Part shown: positions 58,118 through 64,000 of the stretch, in pieces
Layout: each line of letters starts with the position of its first letter
How positions within the stretch are numbered: position 1 is the first letter of the stretch
Assembly (NCBI GenBank): GCA_039818205.1
Contig: JBCBUK010000002.1
Coordinates: forward strand, 448,001-512,000
From: Verrucomicrobiota bacterium
Lineage (GTDB): Bacteria > Verrucomicrobiota > Verrucomicrobiia > Opitutales > Cerasicoccaceae
Length of the DNA stretch: 64,000 nucleotides
Reading direction: 5' to 3'
Position numbers and translations under genes: made by a program
The notes under the pieces: model-generated
Seen by the model: only the letters and a program-made list of their open reading frames with translations
What the model was told of the DNA's origin: nothing
Databases searched by the model: none

Positions 58118-58199
58118 CTGCCATTACCGACCAGTTATAGATTGCTATCTACGACTGGTCGCCCTTTTCAGCAATTATTAGCGTGTTTCCGACTTGCGA

Positions 58200-61100
58200 C
58201 TATTGGTAGGTCACTTCGAGGCGCGGACTCGTGGCTCCCTCGGATGATGAAAACCATACGTCGTTGCCGCCACCGTCCATCGTTATAACGAACGTGATTT
58301 CACCGTTCCCAATGGAGGTGCCAAGGTCGATCTCTAGAGTATTGCCAAGAACGTATGAACCAGCGCTAAGACCCAGTTGTGCGCCTTGACCCGGAGCATT
58401 GGATGCAGTCAAAGTTGCCTCGGTCCAGGCCGGGTTGCTGTTGCCCTGGTAGACGCGCACCGTTCCGCTTCCTGCCTCGGTCGGCTGAAGGATAAGCTTT
58501 GCGCCGGTGACCGCACCGTTGATTCCATTGATATCGAACTTAAGGTATGACGTGCGGAAGTTTGGCTCAACCTTGAGGTTGCTGTCGTTGAACTGGGTCG
58601 TTCCCTGAATGTAGGCATCTTGGGTCGGTGTCTCGGTGACAGTTCCACCGCCACCACCACCGCCGCCGCCGGTAGTTAGGGTAAATGGATAGTCGTTGCC
58701 GTTACATTGGGCGTAGGTTGTCGAGCCGGCTATATTCCAGTCGCCGCCGACATTGTACATGAATGCCCTCAAGAAGTAGGTGCCAGGTTGTAAGCCAGAT
58801 AGGTCCAAGTTGAACGTTGCCGGGGTAGGACCGGTCGTTGCACTCACGGTTTGGCGAGAGTTCGCGAGCCAGGTCGTGGCCGATCGTAGGACCAGTACAA
58901 TATCGCGACTTCCAGTCGCCTCATAGTCGATGCTCACACTGGCGGTCGCACTTTGCTCGACAGATGACGGCAGGCTGCTGCAAACCAGCGTGTCGGTTGT
59001 CGACCCCGGTCCGCCACCACCGCCATCGGCGGTCAGGGTAAACGGAATGGGTGTGCTACAGTTAGCGTATTCGATTGAGCCAGTTATGTTCCAATCGCCA
59101 CCCACGTTATACATGAAGGCCCGAAAGGTATAACCGGTTCCGGCTGGTTCCCCTGATAAGTCGACCGTAAACGTCGCGGTCGTACTCCCTGAAGTCGCAC
59201 TGACTGTTTGGCGTGGGCGAACGGCATTGCTGCCTCCTGGCCTCTTGACCACTAGGACGATATCACGCGGACCTGTCGCTTCGTAATCGATGCTTATGGT
59301 GGCCGTCGCACTTTGCTGAACCGATGCCGGTAGGCTGCTGCAGTCGAGTGTGTCGATCGTCGAGCCACCGCCGCTACCGGGTGCAGTGAGGGAGAACGGA
59401 ATGGGTGTGCTACAATTGGCATATTCGGTTGAGCCAGCAATGTCCCAGTCTCCACCGACGTTATACATGAAGGATCGGAATGAATAATCGGTACCGACCG
59501 TTTCCCCTGATAAGTCGACTGTGAATGTGGCCGTGCCACTGCCCTGAGTCACCGTTAGTCGTGGGCGAACGACATTGCTGCCACCTGGTCTTTTGACTAC
59601 TAGGACAATGTCACGTGGACCGTCCGCTTCGTAATCGATACTTATGGTGGCGGTTGCGCTTTGCTCCACCGATGCCGGTAGGCTGCCGCACACAAGCGTG
59701 TCGTTGCCGCCACCGCTGGAACCGCCGCCGCCAAATAGAAGTTCAGGCTGATTTGCTGTTCCGTCAGAAAAGAAGGAACCGCTACCGCTCGTCGCCTTGA
59801 CAATGATGTCAAACCATTGGCCAGGAGGAAAGAAGGTGCCCAGGTCAATCTGGATCGGCGTCCCGCTCTGTAAGGCTCCATTGTAGGTGCCGATGACCAT
59901 GCCTTCGTCGGGGATCAGGCGTCTAGTGGGGTTGTTTACAAAAGCACCCAATAGTGCCGTTCCGGAGCTCGAAGGGCTGTCCTTCCAGCTACTATTGCGA
60001 TTCAACGCGATGTAAACCTCTAGCCCAACGTTTCCATTGGCGGTCGGGGTAAGCTCCAATTTCGTCGGGGTCTTTGGGTAAGCCTTACCGCCAGTATTGA
60101 ACTTGATATAGCTGGTTTGATTCGATGAAACCTGAAGGTTATTACTCGTGCCGAGAGTGGTTCCATTTACGAGGTAGGCATCGCGAAGCGGGCCAAGTGA
60201 ATCAATGCTATTGTCAACCGGGTTATTGTCAGTGCCATTGCCCTCGATCAAGACGACCCAGTCTTGACTGGATTGGCTCGGTGGTGGGCCGATAGTTCTG
60301 CTTGCGCCACCAGTGATGGAGGAACCATTGATCAGAGCACCGCCGGTTCGTGGGTTATACCACTTGACCGTGAAAGCGCCGGTGATGTTGTTCAAGTTGA
60401 GATTCTTTGTGCCACCTGTTGGCAAGAAAATGACGTATGTCTTCCCTGGATTGGCAAAGCAATAGCCAGCACCGTCGTTGTTGTTCGAATTACCGATGAG
60501 GTCATTGCGATTGTCCATCGTCCAGAAGGGAACGTGATCTTCAAAGAAGGTTCTGGCGTGGCGGCAATAATCCCAGAAGGTGTCCCACTGCTTGAGGTTC
60601 TCGACATCTAGATCGTTTTGAGGGTTCGGATTGGATGCGGGTCCCGGAAAACCGAAATACCATTGGTTGCCATAGCATCCGGCCATCAAAGCGCCCCACA
60701 GGGCTCTGCGACGAGCGTTCGTTTGAGTGAGGGCCCCTTCCGGATGATTGTCGAATCGAAGACCTCTTGCGGCGCCTCCTGTTTCGTCTGCGGCGACGGC
60801 CCAAGGTTTACCTGTGTTGGTCGTACCCACGACCCACTGTAACACGCCCTTGTGCACGTCATTGTGTGAGCCACCTCCACCCTGAAAGGCATAACCCGTC
60901 AACTCGGATTGATTGCCCACCAGGTCCCAGGGTGTGAGACCGTTGTGGATGCTTCTCGGGTGATTGTAGGGATCATTGTCCCGCAACCATTGAGCCATCG
61001 CTCTGCGTTGCGCGATATTTTGGGTGTTGCTGAACGTTAAAAATGCACCATGGGGCCCATTCTCTTCACCGAGGTTCCAATTGAGCGCTAGATGGTGACC

Positions 61101-62198
61101 AAAGCGTGCGATCAACTCGCGAAAATAAGTCTTTCTTTGAACGCCGACGGCACGATTGTCTAGCCAGGCTTCAACCTCGGTCTCCTGTAATTTGACATCC
61201 ATGTACATGCCCTTTGATTTGGCATGGGCCAGGACGATTTCCCACTGAGCAAGCCGGGAAACATCATATCGGACTTTCCCGTTCTCATTGTTCGTCGCCG
61301 TTAACCATGGGAAGACGTTTCCATCATCTCCATTCGGAATGTTGTGGGTTAAAAATGAAATGCCGTTCAAGCCTTTGCCGGATAGGTAGTTGATCAGTCC
61401 AATAAGGCCTTTTCCTTTGGTCCCGCTAGCCCAAGTCGGATCTCCGCTAGTCCAGTCGCTCACGTGATTGGGGTAAGTTCTGATGTATGAGTCCACCCCG
61501 ACGCCATCGTTCTTAAATGGACCATCAAAGTCCTGGTAGGCGAATAAGGCCTCAGGCGAATCGGTCCCTTGTTTGATGAAGTATTCGCCCGAACCCTTGA
61601 ACTTATAGTAGCGTTCGCCAACATACTCGAGTCGGCCTTTTGCGCGCAGGTCTGGCGCACTCTTGTTGTTTGCCGCGACATTAAAGGTATTGGTTATACC
61701 ATTGTATGGCGCAACGGGCGTGCCGCCTCCGTTGGCAGCTACGTTAGCTCCTTGCGTAAAGAAGATGGTGTACTCCCAGGTTCCCGTGTGGTCTGCGGAG
61801 AGGTGAGCGTGCCACTTATTGCCGGAAGAGGCCGATGTTTCGCCAGCATTTCCGTCTGCGGCGAAATAGCCAGGGACCCGGTAGGTTGTTCCCGTAGCAG
61901 GATGTCGAAACTCGACGTCGAAACGATAATTTGTGAATGGGTTTGGGTTTGCGGTTTCCGAGGTGTTCGGCCCCGTTAGTTCGAGGGTTGTGCGGTGCCA
62001 TTGCCTGGGCGTTGGTTCGCCTTCGCCAACGACGGTGACGCTTTGAGCGTTCAATGACGAAAAGCTGATTGAGAGAACTCCGGCCAGGACGCCGATGGTA
62101 CTTAGCTTGTTTGTGAGAAAACGCCGAACTATTGGACCCGGCGTTGCAATGGGAGTACAAGGGCAAAGCCCCCCAAAGATTTTGGTAATCATTTTCAT
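58200..62198 (-). CDS. secreted DUF5060-type putative glycoside hydrolase with three Ig-like repeats and a C-terminal DNRLRE-like domain
   Basis: PGYFAADGNA..T.A..G.KW, KGRLEY, RYDVSRLAQWE, ELIARFGHHLALNWNLGEEN, WYNPRTGG...DWV, C-terminal DAYI...SYLKFD...PRL. Confidence 0.88.
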   Translation of the reverse strand: MKMITKIFGGLCPCTPIATPGPIVRRFLTNKLSTIGVLAGVLSISFSSLNAQSVTVVGEGEPTPRQWHRTTLELTGPNTSETANPNPFTNYRFDVEFRHPATGTTYRVPGYFAADGNAGETSASSGNKWHAHLSADHTGTWEYTIFFTQGANVAANGGGTPVAPYNGITNTFNVAANNKSAPDLRAKGRLEYVGERYYKFKGSGEYFIKQGTDSPEALFAYQDFDGPFKNDGVGVDSYIRTYPNHVSDWTSGDPTWASGTKGKGLIGLINYLSGKGLNGISFLTHNIPNGDDGNVFPWLTATNNENGKVRYDVSRLAQWEIVLAHAKSKGMYMDVKLQETEVEAWLDNRAVGVQRKTYFRELIARFGHHLALNWNLGEENGPHGAFLTFSNTQNIAQRRAMAQWLRDNDPYNHPRSIHNGLTPWDLVGNQSELTGYAFQGGGGSHNDVHKGVLQWVVGTTNTGKPWAVAADETGGAARGLRFDNHPEGALTQTNARRRALWGALMAGCYGNQWYFGFPGPASNPNPQNDLDVENLKQWDTFWDYCRHARTFFEDHVPFWTMDNRNDLIGNSNNNDGAGYCFANPGKTYVIFLPTGGTKNLNLNNITGAFTVKWYNPRTGGALINGSSITGGASRTIGPPPSQSSQDWVVLIEGNGTDNNPVDNSIDSLGPLRDAYLVNGTTLGTSNNLQVSSNQTSYIKFNTGGKAYPKTPTKLELTPTANGNVGLEVYIALNRNSSWKDSPSSSGTALLGAFVNNPTRRLIPDEGMVIGTYNGALQSGTPIQIDLGTFFPPGQWFDIIVKATSGSGSFFSDGTANQPELLFGGGGSSGGGNDTLVCGSLPASVEQSATATISIDYEADGPRDIVLVVKRPGGSNVVRPRLTVTQGSGTATFTVDLSGETVGTDYSFRSFMYNVGGDWDIAGSTEYANCSTPIPFSLTAPGSGGGSTIDTLDCSSLPASVQQSATATISIDYEATGPRDIVLVVKRPGGSNAVRPRQTVSATSGSTTATFTVDLSGEPAGTGYTFRAFMYNVGGDWNITGSIEYANCSTPIPFTLTADGGGGGPGSTTDTLVCSSLPSSVEQSATASVSIDYEATGSRDIVLVLRSATTWLANSRQTVSATTGPTPATFNLDLSGLQPGTYFLRAFMYNVGGDWNIAGSTTYAQCNGNDYPFTLTTGGGGGGGGGTVTETPTQDAYIQGTTQFNDSNLKVEPNFRTSYLKFDINGINGAVTGAKLILQPTEAGSGTVRVYQGNSNPAWTEATLTASNAPGQGAQLGLSAGSYVLGNTLEIDLGTSIGNGEITFVITMDGGGNDVWFSSSEGATSPRLEVTYQ
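58674..59702 (-). repeat. three tandem ~320-bp intragenic repeats
   Basis: Units at about 59385-59702, 59031-59354 and 58674-58994, each encoding DTLxCxSLP...DYEA..RDIVLV...FMYNVGGDWxIxGS..YAxC...PFxLT, joined by Gly-rich linkers. Confidence 0.9.
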
Positions 62199-62357
62199 TG
62201 TAGAGACGGTGTTAGAAAACGAGATGATAAATGGAGCGAAAGACAACACCATTGAGGAGTTGCTACTTTAGCGTATACGATAACGAATAACAATGGGATC
62301 AAACGAAATTATGCGTCCAAATCGCGCGCCACTGCTGGGTGAGTTGGCGACTTCCCG

Positions 62358-64000
62358 CTACGCTCTTGTAAGTGTTCGCGAATACCGAAACTCGGCAGGC
62401 GACTCACCGACACCAGCTTTGAAGGCTCGGCATAGCTTCGACGAGTTATTGAACCCGGTTTTTGAAGCGACTTCCTTTATGCTGTCATTCGTCGTTACGA
62501 GTAGCTTGATTATCTTTTGGGTTCGCTCGTGGTGCAAGGCTTCAAGGAGGGTTAGTCCAAGCAATGATTTCGATCGAGCTTCCAGTTGCCTGCGAGACAA
62601 CGTGGTTGAGGCGACTACATCATTCACCGATATGTTTCGTTGGTAGTTGCTTTTGATAAAACGAATTGCTCTTTCCAGTTCCACATCGTCGAAGCCGAAA
62701 CTAGCTGTCGAATGCCTTTCTACGATCTGTGTTGGCTGGATGATGGGGGGTGCCGCTGGCGGCTTGTCGGGCTCAAGAATCAGTTGAAGTAAGAACTCAA
62801 CCATATCGTAGCCACCTTTGCGGAAACCGATGTCGATGCTGCTAATATTGAAGTTATGACAGTCGCAATATACCGCGTCGTTATCCGTTCCCAGTATCGC
62901 CAAATCCTGCGGGATGCGAATGCCCAGCCCCTGTGCCTTGGTGATGATCAATTTGGCCAGGTAGTCATTGAACACGTATAGTGCGGTTGGCTTGTCCAAA
63001 CGAGTCAACCATGCTTCGGTCAATTCGAGATGACTGATTCGAGAGTGGTGCACTTGCACAGCGGTAATACCATGTTGGCACAACTCATCGGTGAAACCAG
63101 CCTGACGCTTCCCGTGGGCCGAGTTGGCGAAATCTAAACCTGGCTTCAGCGATAATGGATCATAACCGCAGTAGGCAAATTTTCGATATCCCCGGCGAAT
63201 AAAGTATTTTGCTGCGAGGGCGCCCACCTTGGCGTTGTCGACAAATACTGGCCATGAGTTTTCAAGGCTGCGGTCGTGCTCGATTGTGACTAGCGGTTTG
63301 TTTTCCGCAAACCCTTCGGGAATGGTTGCTGAATCAACCAGGATCAATCCGTCAGATTGCTTGAGGCTTCCGTCTTCAAAGGTTTCAAAGTCTCCGGCGT
63401 CAAATTGTCTCGCGAATAATTCCAGTCGGCACCGAGAGTGCAACACCTGTTGGCCGGTATACGATTTGATATAGTGTTGGATGCCAGCAATAATTTCCCG
63501 GCGAGATTTTCCGCTAGTTGAGCAGATTATACCAAGGCTTATTACCGGTTTCGGCGGCGTGGATAGTACACATGGCATTGGGGTATTCGTGGGCTTGCGA
63601 AAGCGATTGCGGTAAGCGCCCGGTGAAAGGTTCTCGAACCGTTGAAAGGCATAGTGCAAACTGCCCGGGTCTCGACCAAACTCGCTGGCAATAGTTTCAA
63701 TACTATCATTCGTTTCTCTAAGGCGACATTTTGCCTTCTTGAGGGATGAATCGATGATCGTATCTTGGAGGGTCATGCCCAACTCGCTCCGAAACAAGTT
63801 TTCCAAAGTGCGTAGGCTGCATCCAACTCGGTTTGAGATTTGAGCAGCTGTGAGCTCTGGCTGGCGCAACTGGCTTATGATCTCCAGAGTCTCAGCCACT
63901 TTGTCGTTTGATGCGACGGTATGGCCGGTCGAATCTCTTGTGACTAAGACCGGTTCGACCGTCGACGAACTGGCCTGACCCTGCTCGATGAATTTCACGA
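62358..64000 (-). CDS. XylR-like regulator with two AraC domains (5' end probably outside window)
   Basis: AraC HTH, then sugar-binding fold (DN...G..AA, ND, IPQDLAILGTDND, SSID, VERHST), then second AraC HTH; frame open to the window edge. Confidence 0.88.
   Translation of the reverse strand, partial: VKFIEQGQASSSTVEPVLVTRDSTGHTVASNDKVAETLEIISQLRQPELTAAQISNRVGCSLRTLENLFRSELGMTLQDTIIDSSLKKAKCRLRETNDSIETIASEFGRDPGSLHYAFQRFENLSPGAYRNRFRKPTNTPMPCVLSTPPKPVISLGIICSTSGKSRREIIAGIQHYIKSYTGQQVLHSRCRLELFARQFDAGDFETFEDGSLKQSDGLILVDSATIPEGFAENKPLVTIEHDRSLENSWPVFVDNAKVGALAAKYFIRRGYRKFAYCGYDPLSLKPGLDFANSAHGKRQAGFTDELCQHGITAVQVHHSRISHLELTEAWLTRLDKPTALYVFNDYLAKLIITKAQGLGIRIPQDLAILGTDNDAVYCDCHNFNISSIDIGFRKGGYDMVEFLLQLILEPDKPPAAPPIIQPTQIVERHSTASFGFDDVELERAIRFIKSNYQRNISVNDVVASTTLSRRQLEARSKSLLGLTLLEALHHERTQKIIKLLVTTNDSIKEVASKTGFNNSSKLCRAFKAGVGESPAEFRYSRTLTRA

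Noticed and set aside
58674..59702. Repeats as CRISPR or mobile element
   Set aside because: Long in-frame coding repeats without spacers, cas genes or terminal repeats.
1..64000. Prophage, IS, integron, defence system, tRNA or rRNA
   Set aside because: No integrase, transposase, reverse transcriptase, defence nuclease or structural RNA signature recognised by eye.

Overview
Gene-dense, moderately GC-rich bacterial chromosome segment. Gene content and protein architectures suggest a Verrucomicrobiota (probably Opitutales-like) genome; this is inference only. Positions 1-40 kb are mostly housekeeping: mutL, tesA/ybbA/ybbP, mlaD-like, rsmE, tilS-ftsH, mutS, aspartokinase, thrC, guaB, menC-menE, kdsB, a murL-like gene, rbsK, a divergent sigma-70 and exoD. 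Positions 40-64 kb are more accessory: a Cu P1B-ATPase next to an ECF sigma/anti-sigma/secreted CxxC protein module, a 2147-aa secreted multidomain protein, an ABC exporter + DUF1854-like pair, a glycosyltransferase-like + methyltransferase pair, a ~1330-aa DUF5060-type protein with three internal repeats, and a tandem XylR-like regulator cut by the window edge. No rRNA, tRNA, CRISPR array, integrase or transposase was seen. The strongest unexplained signals are: (1) a leader-peptide/terminator attenuator-like element before the ABC-DUF1854 pair; (2) two matching ECF promoters defining a small putative redox/copper regulon; (3) a candidate ECF-driven sRNA between mlaD and rsmE; (4) a MutL with degenerate endonuclease motifs; (5) a MurL-like epimerase without murD2. 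All family assignments are from motif recognition by eye; no database search was run.
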